Counted from the first letter of the stretch, positions 30,119 to 42,705 are shown. The stretch is 64,000 nucleotides of DNA from Chloropicon primus (GCA_023205875.1 CP060761.1:496001-560000); one strand, 5' to 3'. Translations and numbers: made by a program. Notes: generated by a model from the sequence alone, not told the origin.

Positions 30119-32677
30119 ATGTCTTCTCGAATCATTGTGAAGAACCTTCCGAAGCATTACACGACGGAGAAGCTTCGTGAGCACTTCAGCTCGAAGGGGC
30201 AGGTGACGGATGCCAAGGTGATGAGAACGCACGAGGGGAAGTCTCGGTGCTTTGGTTTCATTGGATACAGAAGCAGTGAGGAGGCCCAGGAGGCACTGAG
30301 GTACTTTGACCGAACTTTCTTGGACACGAGCAGGATCCAGGTGGAGATTGCTGTCAAGTACCACGAGGACCAGCAGCAGAGGCCGTGGAGCAAGTACTCG
30401 AAGGGGAGCTCGGCGTATGACCGGAGGAACAACACCGGGAGGTACGGTCCGCAGGAGGAGAGGGACCCTGGGTCGTCGAGGAGGGGACCCGAGGAGTCTC
30501 CTGCTGATCCAAAGTTCCAGGAGTTCCTGAACGTGGTGCAACCGAAGAACAAATCCCACCTGTGGAGCAACGACGATGACCTTACTTACGCTCCGAACTG
30601 GGCTCGAGACAAGTCCAACGCGAACATGGTTCCCATCACCGCGAAGAGGGAGGGGAAAGCGGGAAGCTCGGGCCAAGCCAAAGGCAAGGACAAGGAGCGC
30701 GAGGGGAGCAGGCCGGCTGGGGGTGATGACGGTGAGCGAGCCGAAGCACCTTCGGCGGATGAGGGCCCGCAAGATGAGCTGGTCATGGATGACAACGTTG
30801 ACGACATGGCTTACTTTAGGTCGAGGATGACTTTGAAGCCAGACGAGCAGGAAGAAGAAGCTACGAAAGAGGAGCCTTCGAAATCAAAGTCAGAGAAGAA
30901 GAAGAAGAAGAAGAAGAAGGGGGAAGCCAGCGAGAGGGATCCCGTGGAGGAGGAGGAGGCGGCTGCTGGCGAGGTCGACGCGGAGCCAGAGGCAGATGCG
31001 GGGAAGGAGGCGTCGGAGAGGGAAGTGCCCAAGGAGAAGAGTTTTGAGGAAGCAGTGGAGGAGTCCGGGAGATTGTTCGTGAGGAATCTGGCGTACAGCA
31101 CGACGGAGGAGGAGATCAAAGAACTCTTCGAGCAGTTTGGCGTGACCTCGGAGGTGCACTTGGTGACCAACAGGAGCACCGGGCAATCGAAGGGTTTTGC
31201 GTACGTCCTCTACATGATTCCAGAGGATGCCACGAAGGCAAAGAATGCTCTGGATGGTGAGATCTTTCACGGCAGGCTTCTGCACGTGCTCTACGCAGAG
31301 AAGCCGAGGGAGAAGGTGGATCCAAAGGCCGTGATTGAGAACAAAAAGGCGTCGACGTCTTCTTACAAGCTCCAGAAGGAGGAGGACATGAAAGGGAAAG
31401 CAAAGGATAGCAAGACTTGGAACAGTCTTTTCATGAGATCCGACACGGTTGCAAACTGGATAGCGGAGCAGTACAACGTCTCCAAGGACGAGCTTCTTGA
31501 TCCGACATCGTCCGACCTCAGTGTCCGGCTCGCTCTGGGAGAGGCCCACGCCCTGACCGAGACAAAGAAGTGCCTCGAAGAAGCGGGCGTGAGCATTACT
31601 GCCCTCGAGGCAGCGGCGGAGGCGTCTGGAAAGAAGGCGGCCAAGAAGACTGTGGAGAGGAATCAGAGCGTTATCTTGGTCAAGAACCTGCCGTACCAGA
31701 CCACTGAGAAGGATCTCACTCTTCTCTTCGGCAAGTATGGCTCCTTGGGCAGAATAGTTTTGCCTCCGACCAAGACTCTCGCCCTGATCGAGTACATTGT
31801 CGCCGCGGACGCAAAGCACGCGTTCAAGTCCTTGGCATTCAAGAGGTTCCACCACGTTCCGCTTTACATCGAGTTTGCGCCAGCAAACATCTTCACCAGC
31901 AAGCCGGCGAGGAGGGAAGAGAAGCCTGCGGAGGAGGAGAGTCAGAAGGAAGCCAAAGGCGATCCAGAGCCTTCTGCAAATGATTCTGCTTCCACCTCCG
32001 TGTTTGTGAAGAATCTCGCTTTCCGGACCGATGACAAGTCGCTTCAAGAGCATTTCGAGAAAGCGATCGATCTCCTGAGCGCAAAGAAGTACCCTGAGAA
32101 GAAGTCCATGAAGCTCTTGAGCGCAAGGGTCATGTACAGGAAAGGCTTCAAGGGCGAGAAGCTCTCCCAAGGTTTCGGTTTCCTCGAGTACTCGAATGAG
32201 AATGCCGCGCGGGTGATTGTTGACGAGTTCCAGGGCACCACCCTGGACGGGCACAGGCTCCACCTTGACATCAGCACCAAGAAGGCGCAGAGCAAGTCCA
32301 CGGGGAAGCAAGACGGCACCTCGACCAGGCTGATGATCAGAAACATCCCCTTCGAGGCGAACAAGAAGGACATCAAGCAGCTGTTTGACCCGTTCGGCCA
32401 ACTCAAGGCGCTGCGGTTGCCAAAGAAGTTCGACGGATCGCACCGAGGTTTCGTGTTCGTTGATTTTCTCACGGCCAAGGAAGCCAAAAATGCCTTCCAG
32501 CAGCTCTCCGGCGTGCATCTCTTGGGGCGGAGGCTCGTCATCGAGTACGCCAAGGAGGGAGACGAGGAGGGCAAGGACAGCGCCGCTTCGTTGTCCTCGA
32601 GATTGCCAACGGTAGACGCTGGCAGCAAAGATGAAGCGGTCACGAAGAAGATCAAGAAGAGAAGGATGAAGCTGTAG
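30119..32677 (+). CDS. RBM19: Multi-RRM ribosome biogenesis protein (MRD1/RBM19)
   Basis: [11 protein letters not shown]...[11 protein letters not shown]...[45 protein letters not shown]. Confidence 0.93.
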   Translation: MSSRIIVKNLPKHYTTEKLREHFSSKGQVTDAKVMRTHEGKSRCFGFIGYRSSEEAQEALRYFDRTFLDTSRIQVEIAVKYHEDQQQRPWSKYSKGSSAYDRRNNTGRYGPQEERDPGSSRRGPEESPADPKFQEFLNVVQPKNKSHLWSNDDDLTYAPNWARDKSNANMVPITAKREGKAGSSGQAKGKDKEREGSRPAGGDDGERAEAPSADEGPQDELVMDDNVDDMAYFRSRMTLKPDEQEEEATKEEPSKSKSEKKKKKKKKGEASERDPVEEEEAAAGEVDAEPEADAGKEASEREVPKEKSFEEAVEESGRLFVRNLAYSTTEEEIKELFEQFGVTSEVHLVTNRSTGQSKGFAYVLYMIPEDATKAKNALDGEIFHGRLLHVLYAEKPREKVDPKAVIENKKASTSSYKLQKEEDMKGKAKDSKTWNSLFMRSDTVANWIAEQYNVSKDELLDPTSSDLSVRLALGEAHALTETKKCLEEAGVSITALEAAAEASGKKAAKKTVERNQSVILVKNLPYQTTEKDLTLLFGKYGSLGRIVLPPTKTLALIEYIVAADAKHAFKSLAFKRFHHVPLYIEFAPANIFTSKPARREEKPAEEESQKEAKGDPEPSANDSASTSVFVKNLAFRTDDKSLQEHFEKAIDLLSAKKYPEKKSMKLLSARVMYRKGFKGEKLSQGFGFLEYSNENAARVIVDEFQGTTLDGHRLHLDISTKKAQSKSTGKQDGTSTRLMIRNIPFEANKKDIKQLFDPFGQLKALRLPKKFDGSHRGFVFVDFLTAKEAKNAFQQLSGVHLLGRRLVIEYAKEGDEEGKDSAASLSSRLPTVDAGSKDEAVTKKIKKRRMKL

Positions 32678-32728
32678 CTTGTGGTAAATGAAAAATGAGG
32701 AAATAAGACTTATACTTAAAAAAAACGA

Positions 32729-33523
32729 CTATGATTGCCGCGACATGTGATCCAGCTGCTGCTGGAGCTCCTTGGACTTCCGTAGGTGGAGCCTGGCCTT
32801 CTCCATGTCCCCGGACCTCTTGTGCTTCAACGCCTCCAGCTTCTCTTCGCGTATCTGCTGCCTCAGAGTCTCCGCGGACCGGTCCGCGGCACCTGGCAAC
32901 TCGGGAGGAATCTCAAGCACCGGAGCTGCGCTGGACCCAGCACCCTCTTCCCCGCCACCTGCCCCCGGACTCCCCTTGCTGAGCCTCAGGTACTTCCTCG
33001 CCAGCTCCATTTTTCCCTCCCTCCTGTACTTCACCGCCAGCTGGGTGTAGTCCTCCTTCGTCGCTGGGGCCTCCACAGCTTGCTCCTCCTCCTTCATCGC
33101 CACGAGCTTGTCCAGCTGCTGCTGCAGCTCCTTGGACTTCCGTAGGTGGAGCCTGGCCTTCTCCATGTCCCCGGACCTCTTGTGCTTCAACGCCTCCAGC
33201 TTCTCTTCGCGTATCTGCTGCCTCAGGGTCTCCGCTGTCACCTCGGCACTCGTGGACACCAATGCGTCCTCGTCGTCTGACATGGCCAGCACCATAGCCT
33301 CCAGGTCGTCCTCATCCGGAAGGGCAAGGATGGTCCTCTCCAAGTCGCTCACCTCGGCGACACCCATCCGTTTGATCTCGGCCAAAACAGCTTGTGTCTC
33401 GTCCTGATGATTCTCCTGGATGCCCTGAATCTCCTTCAACAGGCTCTCGTCCTCGTTCTCCTCGTCGTCCATCTTCGCAAGAAGAGAAAACAACCGAGCC
33501 TCCTCCTCCTCCGCTCCATTCAT
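32729..33523 (-). CDS. DM14-like repeat protein
   Basis: Two identical copies of TLRQQIREEKLEALKHKRSGDMEKARLHLRKSKELQQQL plus LAVKYRREGKMELARKYLR. Confidence 0.65.
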   Translation of the reverse strand: MNGAEEEEARLFSLLAKMDDEENEDESLLKEIQGIQENHQDETQAVLAEIKRMGVAEVSDLERTILALPDEDDLEAMVLAMSDDEDALVSTSAEVTAETLRQQIREEKLEALKHKRSGDMEKARLHLRKSKELQQQLDKLVAMKEEEQAVEAPATKEDYTQLAVKYRREGKMELARKYLRLSKGSPGAGGGEEGAGSSAAPVLEIPPELPGAADRSAETLRQQIREEKLEALKHKRSGDMEKARLHLRKSKELQQQLDHMSRQS

Positions 33524-33691
33524 CGTGACACAACCCAGTCAGGACAAGGATCCCTCTCTATCTATCGATGATGAATGAAGACGAAGATGAAGATGAAGAT
33601 GAAGATGAAGATGAAGACGAAGATGCTTCTCCTCCAGCGTCACTGATGCGTTTCCAATGGGGTGATGCCGATGCCCATCGAAAGATCCCGA

Positions 33692-33726
<35 letters not shown>

Positions 33727-34064
33727 TCCAAGGCGTATTGTATCTGGTTACAATATTGTAAACCTTATCCACTTTTCACCCTGGGTTGGAGTTCCACAAA
33801 GGGAGACCAGGAGACGAGGTGAGTGGCTCGAGGACGGGAGGGAAGAGCGAACGAGACCGTAATCAATCGATGCTTCATGTTGTGAGCGTTCCGAAGAGCT
33901 CTCACTTGGAAGGAATGGCCCAGGAGTGAGGATGCAAGAGACACTAATGGATGGAGATGTTTTTTTCTGCTTTTTGTTGTGGATGGATGGATGGAGGTGC
34001 AGGAGGAGGGAGGTGACGAGGGGAGGGAGGCGTTGAGGATCACTGACGGTCCTGTGCAGCCGAA

Positions 34065-34781
34065 ATGAAGGCGGTGAAGGGTTCGAGACCGCCGCAGTCC
34101 TCCTCGGAAAGGGAAAGTGTCAGGAGGATTGTGAGGGTCTCATGGCTTCCTCGCTCCTCTCGGAAGCAGAGGAGGGTGACCACGAGGGCCATGAATCCGA
34201 TCCAGGCGTACGACGTGGCCTTGTCATCGGCCCCTCTCATCACGAGGTGCTGCACGCGTGGCGTCCTCTTCACGCTCTCCGACGTTGTCGCGCAATGGGG
34301 AAGGAGCAGGACCAAGCCGATGGATGTCTCACGCCTGACGCGGTATGGGTGCTTCGGATTCTTTCTGAACGCCCCTATGTTCGTTATGTACTATGCCTTA
34401 CTCGACCGGGTTGTCGACGGAACCGTAAGCCCGGGCCTCGTGAACACCGTCATCAAGGTGTGCTTTGACCAATTCATCTGGACGCCCTTCTTCTACCTGC
34501 CCATCTTCTTCGGCGTCCTGGCGCTTTGGGAGGGGAAGACTTTGCCAGCATCCATAGAAGAGGCCCGGGAGCGAGGCTGGGGACTGACTCCCGTGCTGAT
34601 CTCTAACTGGAAGTTCTGGTTTCCGGTTGTCAGCATAGCCTTTGGTTTGGTTCCTCCGGAATACAGAATCACTTTCAACAACACCTGTATGCTTGTCTGG
34701 AACACGTACCTCAGTCGGGTACAGAACAAGGACGGCCGCGAGGACGAGCCCCGAACGACGCCGCAGCTGCAAGTGGACTAG
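34065..34781 (+). CDS. Mpv17/PMP22 family membrane protein
   Basis: LSDVVAQ, KVCFDQFIWTP, NWKFWFPV..IAF.LVP.EYR..F.N...LVWNTYLS. Confidence 0.9.
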   Translation: MKAVKGSRPPQSSSERESVRRIVRVSWLPRSSRKQRRVTTRAMNPIQAYDVALSSAPLITRCCTRGVLFTLSDVVAQWGRSRTKPMDVSRLTRYGCFGFFLNAPMFVMYYALLDRVVDGTVSPGLVNTVIKVCFDQFIWTPFFYLPIFFGVLALWEGKTLPASIEEARERGWGLTPVLISNWKFWFPVVSIAFGLVPPEYRITFNNTCMLVWNTYLSRVQNKDGREDEPRTTPQLQVD

Positions 34782-34945
34782 AGCATTGGCGTTGGGAGAC
34801 GAGGGCGCAAGGGGGGAGGAGGTCGAAGAGGACGGATGGTATATATTCTGCTGGCTGGCTGTGCGCGTGTGTTGAAAACTAAGTCAAAGTGTATACGTGA
34901 GATGGTGTGTGTAAAAACCCAAGACTACCCAAGACTACCGAATAA

Positions 34946-35568
34946 TCAGCTCATGTGCGTCTCGAGTTCCGTCGTCCTGTTCGAATGAATACTCCGCGTC
35001 TCCGCGGCGGACGCCAGCTTCTTCCCGCGATCCTTCTTGTCCCTCTTGTGTATGGCTACTCCTATCTCGATCTGAATAAGAAATGAAAAAGTAAGTGAAC
35101 ACGATCTTGGTCAGGCCCTCTCACAGTCCCAGCTTCCATCCTCCCTCATCACCCACGCCGCCGCGCGTCGTCACGGCCTCACTCGCGTACCTTTGGCAGC
35201 TCAAAGTGACCCGGTTCAAGAGGAAAAGCCTCCTTGATCATATTGCTTCCCAGCGGTCGCAGCTTCACCTCCTCCGTCGCTTTGCGGACCTCCGCTACCG
35301 GTGCAAGGTCGTACTTGGACGCCCCAGCCTCCCCCACGTCGCTCCTCAGGTGCCCGTCGCCCGCGATCGTGCTGTACACAAAGTATTCTGCCTTCCCCAC
35401 CTTCCTTGGCGGCTGCCATTTCGTCTCGACAAGGTTATCGTAGAGGGCCCGAAGATTGTGGTGCTCAAGCAGGTCACTCTTGAAGCTTGGTCCTGCCTCT
35501 TGGCTCCCTTCCCCCTCCGTGTCCAGGGCTGCCTCCCTCAGAAACTCAAAAACACCACCTTGGCTCAT
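34946..35568 (-). CDS. Hypothetical protein (exons 35568-35191, 35071-34946)
   Basis: Coding-like ORF from MSQGG with an in-phase GT-AG intron; no recognisable domain. Confidence 0.5.
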
Positions 35569-35613
35569 GATGATGCCAATGCCGCTGCGCGCCTTCCGTC
35601 CAAACCGGTGCAA

Positions 35614-35993
35614 CCAAGGTACCAATGGAAAGCTCGCGAGACGAAGATTTCGCCTGATGATCCTGTGTTCCACTCCTCCCCCGTCCTCGTCGTCAAACGC
35701 CTCGCTGATTCCGCTGCACTCCTCCCCTTCCCTCGTCAGGAATCAATCAATCTCGTTCACACGGCGGGTCAATCCTTTGCCGATGCCGTCGACCAAGGTA
35801 CCAATGGAAAGCTCGCGAGACGAAGATTTCGCCTGATGATCCTGTGTTCCACTCCTCCCCCGTCCTCGTCGCTGAATTCCTCGCTGATTCCGCTGCACTC
35901 CTCCCCTTCCCTCGCCAGGAATCAATCAATCTCGTTCACCGGCGGGTCAATCCTTTGCCGATGCCGTCGACCAAGGTACCAATGGAAAGCTCT
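35614..35993. repeat. Tandem repeat, 178-179-bp unit, about 2.1 copies
   Basis: CCAAGGTACCAATGGAAAGCTC at 35614, 35793 and 35971. Confidence 0.92.
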
Positions 35994-36075
35994 CGAGGCG
36001 CACTTTCGTATGATGAACACGCCTTGCGCTTTCCTCTCCTCTGTCGTCGCCACCGTCCTCACAAACACCTCCCCT

Positions 36076-36123
<48 letters not shown>

Positions 36124-36127
36124 GAGA

Positions 36128-36197
36128 ATGAAGAGGGTTCGCGAGTGCGGTGGCGAGGGGAAGGAGTCCGGAGTCAAGGACGGAGCCTCTCCTCCTC

Positions 36198-36234
<37 letters not shown>

Positions 36235-38914
36235 GATGAACAGTCGAGATGATGTTGTGGCGAAGCGGAGGCAGCGGATGCTCGCGTGGCAGGAACAGAA
36301 GAAGAAGAAGCTGAAGCGTGATGAGGAGGAGGATCCACAAGCAGCAGAAGGAGGAGGATCAGGAACAGGAGGAGGATCGAAAGTTGTGTTTGGGATGAAG
36401 GCGTCGCGGCCTCGGTTGAGGATTGCGATGGAGGAGGAGGAGGTGGAGGAGGTGGAGGAGGTGGAGAACGGGCAAAGTGGTGGAGAGGATGAAGTGGATC
36501 CTCTGGACGCATTTATGAACGCACAAGTGATGCCGGAGGTGGATAGGTTGAAGCAGGAGGAGAGGACGGGGGTGGCGGTGAAGACGGAGAGGGAAGGGGG
36601 TGTGGAGGAGAAGGCGACGTCGCTGGGCAAGGCGAAGAAGGCGAAGAGGAGGAGGGTAACGTATTATGACAGCGAGAGCAGCGACTTGAGTGGTGAGGAG
36701 GGGAGTGAGAGTGAGGACGACGAGGAGTGGGCGAGGAATGTGGTGAGCGGCAAGGGGTCCAAGCTGGAGAAGTTGGTGATGGTGGATCACTCGAAGATAG
36801 ACTACATTGAATTCCGGAAGGATTTTTTCATCGAGAGTCCAGAGATCGCAAAGATGACCCAGGAGGAGGTCACCGCTTTCCGAAAGGAGTTGGGGAACAT
36901 CAAGGTGAGGGGGAAGAACATTCCCAGGCCGATCAAGCACTGGCACCAGTGCGGGCTTAGCTCCAGGATTCTCCAGGTCATCGGCACCCTGGAATTCGAC
37001 AAGCCCATGCCTATCCAGGCCCAAGCTCTTCCCATCATTATGCAGGGCAGGGACTGTATCGGCATCGCAAAGACCGGGAGCGGCAAGACCATGGCGTTCG
37101 TGATGCCCATGCTGAGGCACATCAAAGACCAGCCCGGCCTCAAGTCGGGGGACGGCCCCATCGGGCTGATCATGGCGCCAACGAGGGAGCTGGTGCAGCA
37201 GATAGGGAAGGACATCAAAAAGTTCGCAAAGTCGATTGGCTTGCGGATCGTGTGCGTGTACGGGGGCTCCGGAGTCGCCGACCAGATCGCGGCGCTGAAG
37301 AGGGGGGCGGAAATTGTGGTTTGCACGCCTGGGCGGATGATCGACATACTCGCGATGGGATCAGGAAACCGGATAACGAACATGAGGCGGGTGACCTACT
37401 TTGTCCTGGACGAGGCGGACCGGATGTTTGACATGGGTTTCGAGCCGCAGATCAAGCGCGTCCTGAACATGATTCGGCCGGACAGGCAGACCGTGATGTT
37501 CTCCGCGACGTTTCCCAAGCAGGTGGAGACCTTGGCGAGGATGGCCTTGACCAACCCGGTGGAAATTCTCGTGGGCGGCAGGTCGGTGGTGAACACAGAC
37601 ATCGAGCAGATCGTGGAAGTGTGGCCCGAAGAGCAGAGGTTCCTGAGGCTACTGGAGCTCCTGGGCCACTGGTACGAGAAGGGAAAGGTTTTGGTCTTTG
37701 TCGCCTCGCAAGAAAGGTGCGACAACTTGTTCGGGAACCTCTTGAAGTCGGGGTACCCCTGCATGAGCTTGCACGGCGGGAAAGATCAGAACGATCGAGA
37801 GTCGACCATAAACGACTTTAAGAGCGATGTGTGCAATGTCCTGATCGCCACTTCGGTTGCCGCGAGGGGTTTGGACGTGAAAGACTTGCAGCTGGTCGTT
37901 AACTATGACGTGCCGAACCACCACGAGGACTACGTGCATCGTGTGGGAAGGACGGGCCGCGCGGGCAACAAAGGAACTGCGGTGACGTTCATCGCCGCGG
38001 ATGAGGAGAAGTTCGCCCCCGACCTCGTCAAGGCCTTGAAGGAGAGCGGGAAGGAAGTCCCGTACGCTCTGCAGGAGATGGCGGACGACTTTAAGAAGAA
38101 GTTGAAGGAGGGCCTCGTCCAAGGCCATGGCAGTGGCTTTGGGGGCTCGGGGTTCAAGTTCAACGAGGAGGAGGAGCAGAACCAAAAGGCTGTGAGAAAG
38201 CAGATCCTGGCCCAGCACGGCACGGTGGTGGACTCCGACTCCGAGGGGGAGAGCAAAGACGGAGATAGCGACGGGGACGAGGACATCAAGGTCATCACGG
38301 GCACGTCTTTGGACGCTGCCAAGGCCAAGGAGGCCCCTCCTGCAGCGATGGATGCAGCGGCTGGGAAATCGGTGCCCCCCGCGTCCTCGGCACCACCTAC
38401 AGCGGGAGGGGGGCACCAAGTTGCCGCGGAGAGCAAACCGGAGAAAGCGGAGGTCGACAAGTCGTCCTCCCGAAGGGCTGCGCTCCTCGCCGCGGCGCAG
38501 AGGGTGGCGAGGCAGATCGAATTGGAGGTCAACTACGTTCCCCTCGCGGGCGCGGCCGCAGCCGCGGAGGAAGGGCTCGACGGCGGCGGGTCGGATGCCC
38601 TCGCCGCTCCCGGGGGAGGGGACGGGAAGCACTTCAGCACCGAGATCGAGATCAACGACTTTCCTCAGAACGCCAGGTGGAAGGTTTCTCACAAGGAGGC
38701 CGTGTTCAGGATGCAGAACCAGTACGACGTGGCGATCACCAACAAGGGGGTTTACGTGCCCCCTGGCAAGCAGCCCTTCAGCGGCGAAAGGAAGCTGTAC
38801 TTGCTGATCGAGGGGCCCACGGAGAGGGGAGTGAAGTTGTGCAAGACGGAGATCAAGAAGATCATCAAGGAAGCCACGGAGAAGTCCATGATGAGCGGAA
38901 GGTACAACATCTGA
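36128..38914 (+). CDS. DDX46: DEAD-box RNA helicase Prp5/DDX46 (RH42-like)
   Basis: DEVDPLDAFM, AKTGSGKT, DEADRMFDMGF, HRVGRTGRAG, C-terminal EINDFPQNARWKV; start codon uncertain. Confidence 0.95.
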
Positions 38915-39013
38915 AAAGCGGTCTGTTTATATGTAAAACTAGAGTTATATGTGAAAGTGAGTGGTTCTTCGCACACAATGCGTGTGCTGCTGAAAACGAC
39001 GAAGAGCGTGAAG

Positions 39014-39499
39014 CTACTTTTTCCTCGTGAAGAATGTCAAGGCCATCGCGCCGGCCGTGCCCACAATCAAGGGGATCGACTGCACCAAGGCCGTGAGCCT
39101 CCCCGCCGTGCTGTACAGCACGATCGGGTCGGTCAGGGGAACCTTGCCCCTCTTCTCCTCCCTTTCCTTCTCCGAGTCGAAGGCGCCCTCCAGCTGCTCC
39201 GCCGGGAGCACCAGGTACGCGCCCTTGGAGTCCAGCGGGAGCTGAAAGTGGGGGGACAGCCTCCCGCCCTTGATCGGATTCACCGGGCCTCCCGTGATCG
39301 GACCGTGCTCGCCGTTCCCGTTCGCCGCCGGCTGCGGGGCGGGAGCGCGCCTCTCCTTCGACGACCCCTTCCTCCTCTTCCCCTTCTTCCTCTTGAACAG
39401 GGCCTTCACGCCCCCGGCCTCCGCGGACGACGCCGTGTTCGTCCTCTCCTCCAGAAGGGCAACCCTTCCCGCCACACCCACCTTGTCATCCTTCACCAT
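39014..39499 (-). CDS. Hypothetical protein with C-terminal hydrophobic anchor
   Basis: 161-aa ATG ORF ending LVQSIPLIVGTAGAMALTFFTRKK. Confidence 0.5.
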   Translation of the reverse strand: MVKDDKVGVAGRVALLEERTNTASSAEAGGVKALFKRKKGKRRKGSSKERRAPAPQPAANGNGEHGPITGGPVNPIKGGRLSPHFQLPLDSKGAYLVLPAEQLEGAFDSEKEREEKRGKVPLTDPIVLYSTAGRLTALVQSIPLIVGTAGAMALTFFTRKK

Positions 39500-39987
39500 A
39501 GCGAGCGACGTATCAATCGAAAGCTCGCGGAAACGCGCACTCGTTGAGTCACACCTCCCGACGTCCTCCCCTCAAGCTCCACCGAGACCGTGGTCGTCGT
39601 CACGTCACGGCGAAGTCCAACGCCGCTTCGTAACGCTCGCGAAGCCGTTATGAAAAACCCTATTTTATTTTCGACGAAAGACGGATTTCTGATTTTATCC
39701 AAAACGGGAGAACGAGGGGCTGACAATCGTGCTAGGCAGGCCTCGAGGGTGAGTTGCGGCCTGCGCGCGGGGGGACTCCGGCCATGGCACCAAGGGGCGA
39801 GGAGGCCGTGACTCCTCCACCTCCAGGCGCATCGTCTCCTCCTTTTGCCCCTTTTCTCCTTCATCTCTGACACCGACTCTCTCTCTCTCTCTCTTTGGTC
39901 TGGTTCTCTGTGTGACCCACCTCTTGCAGGGAGCGAAGAGGCATCTACCGAAAACCTTGGCTTGACACGTTGTTTGCTGTGGCCAGG

Positions 39988-41583
39988 ATGGAGACGGTGA
40001 GGACGACGACGCAGGTGTTGACCTCGAGGACGCAGGGCGTGCAGGAGCACATCGATGAGATCCTGATGGGGAAGGACGACGTGCGCGTCCCGCAGACGAA
40101 GATCATCTGCACCCTGGGACCCGAGTCCAGGAGCGTGGAGGTGTTGGAGGACTTGCTCAAGGCGGGGATGTCCGTGGCGAGGTTCAACTTCTCCCACGGC
40201 TCGCACGAGTACCACCAGGAGACTTTGGACAACTTGCACAAGGCCATGGTGAACACGCGGAGGATGTGCGCGGTGATGCTGGACACGAAGGGCCCCGAGA
40301 TCCGCACCGGTTTCCTCAAGGACGGCAAGCCGGTGAACCTGGTGAAGGGTCAGGAGGTGACGGTGACGACGGACTACGAGTTCAAGGGGGACAGCACCAC
40401 GATTGCGTTGAGCTACAAGAGCTTGCCGAGGGACGTGAAGCCGGGGAGCTCCATCCTCATCGCGGACGGGTCCATCGTGCTGGAGGTCCTGTCCTGCGAC
40501 ATGGACGCGGGCACGGTGCGCTGCGTTTGCACCAACAGCGCCAAGCTCGGCGAGAGGAAGAACTGCAACCTGCCCGGGGTGAACGTGGACCTTCCCACCC
40601 TGACGGAGAAGGACCTGCACGACATCATAGGCTGGGGCGTCCCGAACGACATTGACTTCATAGCCGCGTCTTTCGTCAGGAAGGCGGAGGACCTCGACAA
40701 CATCAGGAGCGAGATCTGCGAGGCCACGGGAAAGCCCACGAACATCAAGATCATCTCCAAGATCGAGAACCAGGAGGGCCTCATCAACTTTGACGAGATC
40801 CTGGAGAGGACTGACGCCATCATGGTGGCGAGGGGCGACCTCGGGATGGAGATCCCGACCGAGCAGATCTGCGTGGCCCAGAAGCTCATGATACAAAAGT
40901 GCAACAAGATCGGCAAGCCGGTCGTGACCGCCACGCAGATGCTGGAGTCCATGGTGAAGAACCCGAGCCCCACGAGGGCCGAGGCCACAGACGTCGCCAA
41001 CGCCGTGATCGACGGGACCGATTGCGTCATGCTCTCCGGCGAGACCGCGGCGGGCAGCTTCCCCGTGCGTGCGGTATCCGTCATGAGGAGGATATGCTGC
41101 GAAGCGGAGTCTTACTTGGACTACTATGGGCTCTTCAAGGCCATCATGAAGAACTCGCCGGTTCCCATGGCGCCCCTGGAGTCCCTCGCCTCCACGGCCG
41201 TCAGGACCGCTCACAAAGTGAACGCCGAGATGATCATCGTGATCACGAAAGAGGGGACCACGGCCAGGCTGGTGTCCAAGTACAGGCCCTCCATCCCCAT
41301 TCTTGCCGTCGCCGTCCCCGTCTTGTCGACGAACAACTTGGCTTGGGTCTGCAGCAGCGAGAAGCCCGCGAGGCAGACGCTCCTGACCAGGGGCATCATC
41401 CCGATGCTGGCGGAAGCCTCCGCTGCAAACGACCCGAGCGACAGCTCGGACGAGATGGTGGACATTCTAAGCACGGCGATCAACCAGGCCAAGCTGCAGG
41501 GCTACTGTACGCCAGGGGGAACGGTCGTGGCGATGCACAAAGTGGGCCCGGCTTCTCTCATCAAGATTGTCAACGTGCACTGA
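39988..41583 (+). CDS. Pyruvate kinase (cytosolic type)
   Basis: TKIICTLGP, ARFNFSHG, LDTKGPEIRTG, MVARGDLG, TATQMLESM, VMLSGETA. Confidence 0.97.
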   Translation: METVRTTTQVLTSRTQGVQEHIDEILMGKDDVRVPQTKIICTLGPESRSVEVLEDLLKAGMSVARFNFSHGSHEYHQETLDNLHKAMVNTRRMCAVMLDTKGPEIRTGFLKDGKPVNLVKGQEVTVTTDYEFKGDSTTIALSYKSLPRDVKPGSSILIADGSIVLEVLSCDMDAGTVRCVCTNSAKLGERKNCNLPGVNVDLPTLTEKDLHDIIGWGVPNDIDFIAASFVRKAEDLDNIRSEICEATGKPTNIKIISKIENQEGLINFDEILERTDAIMVARGDLGMEIPTEQICVAQKLMIQKCNKIGKPVVTATQMLESMVKNPSPTRAEATDVANAVIDGTDCVMLSGETAAGSFPVRAVSVMRRICCEAESYLDYYGLFKAIMKNSPVPMAPLESLASTAVRTAHKVNAEMIIVITKEGTTARLVSKYRPSIPILAVAVPVLSTNNLAWVCSSEKPARQTLLTRGIIPMLAEASAANDPSDSSDEMVDILSTAINQAKLQGYCTPGGTVVAMHKVGPASLIKIVNVH

Positions 41584-41700
41584 GCGAGGCGAGGCGAGGG
41601 AGGAACGACACACGCACAAAAGGAAGGAAGGAAGGAAGGCTTACGTTTCGTTTGTTGTTCATTCATAAAAATAACCTGTTTTACTCACGCACTTGCCTCC

Positions 41701-42705
41701 TCAGAGGATTCGGCTCCCCAAAACCAGAGCTGTGACCGGAACGGTGATGTTGTCGTCGATGTACTTGTTGATCGGCAGGCTCTCCACCACGGTAGTGACG
41801 GCGCAAATGAGGAAGACTTTCAGAGCGTCTTCTGTGGTCTGGCCCTCCAGAAACCCGAACTGCGCAAAGGTGGTCAGCAGGAACTCGGAGAGCAAGAAGC
41901 TCCCGAGGAGCATCGCAGCGCTGCCTGCCCATGACTTGCTTCGATTGTAGAAAAGTTTGTTCGTCTTGCCCAGCTTTCTGCCCACGATGTCAGCGAGCCC
42001 GTCCCCCCCGCACATGATCGACAGGGCGATGATCCCCGCGGGATTCCGCCAGAACGACACGGTGGCGATCGTGAGAACTATCGTGTAATAGAACGGCCCC
42101 TTCAGCAGCTCCGTTCGGTCCCCCTTCCTGCTGACAGCCTTGACCGCCGCTTTGTCCTCGACCATGCCGCTCCCTATGAGGAAGAGCCTCAGACCGTTCA
42201 CGAACGGAATCACGGCCGACAAAAGCCTCGCCGAATCGGATTGCGTGAAGAACAGCCAGCTGAGGATGAAGAGGGGTCCACACGTCGTGTGTATGAGCTT
42301 CCGACTCAGGTTCTGCTCCATGTAGCCCCGCTCCGCCAGAGTGTCGAACGTCTTCACCACCGTCGTTGACCCCACGAGGGCGCCCAAGGTCACAATCACG
42401 TCCCTCTTCTCCATCAACAGGGAACCTATCCCGAGGTCCCCCATGAAGCCCGCGGACATCCTGCACGTTCCCGCCCTCCCCGTCCCTTCCCCCCAGAGGC
42501 TCCAAATACTTTCTCCTCCGCTCCACGCCTCGTTGGATGACAATACCTTCTTCAAACCGACGCCTCTCCCTCCAGGCGCATGCCACCTCCTCGTGCCGAC
42601 CCTTTCCCCTCCGACTGCGACCTTGGACCCCGTGCCACCCCCCGATGCCCTCGCCCTCGTTCCCTTCCTCGTTGCTTTTGTCCGAAGGCAACCACCTAGT
42701 GCCAT
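41701..42705 (-). CDS. Phytol/farnesol kinase (VTE5/FOLK-like), plastid
   Basis: LSRKLIH..G, ELLKGPFYY, GGDGLADIVGR, KSWAGS, VESLP...DDNITVP. Confidence 0.9.
   Translation of the reverse strand: MALGGCLRTKATRKGTRARASGGGTGSKVAVGGERVGTRRWHAPGGRGVGLKKVLSSNEAWSGGESIWSLWGEGTGRAGTCRMSAGFMGDLGIGSLLMEKRDVIVTLGALVGSTTVVKTFDTLAERGYMEQNLSRKLIHTTCGPLFILSWLFFTQSDSARLLSAVIPFVNGLRLFLIGSGMVEDKAAVKAVSRKGDRTELLKGPFYYTIVLTIATVSFWRNPAGIIALSIMCGGDGLADIVGRKLGKTNKLFYNRSKSWAGSAAMLLGSFLLSEFLLTTFAQFGFLEGQTTEDALKVFLICAVTTVVESLPINKYIDDNITVPVTALVLGSRIL

Noticed and set aside
33566..33625. Acidic (ED)n ORF and other microsatellite-derived ORFs (ERER, SLSL)
   Set aside because: Translations of (GATGAA)n and (GA)n simple repeats in spacers and UTRs
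34946..35568. SmpB-like call based on IEIGVAIHKRDKKDR
   Set aside because: Only a short resemblance; the rest of the protein lacks SmpB motifs
36128..38914. Second intein in the DEAD-box helicase
   Set aside because: Helicase motifs are contiguous, with no C...HN insert
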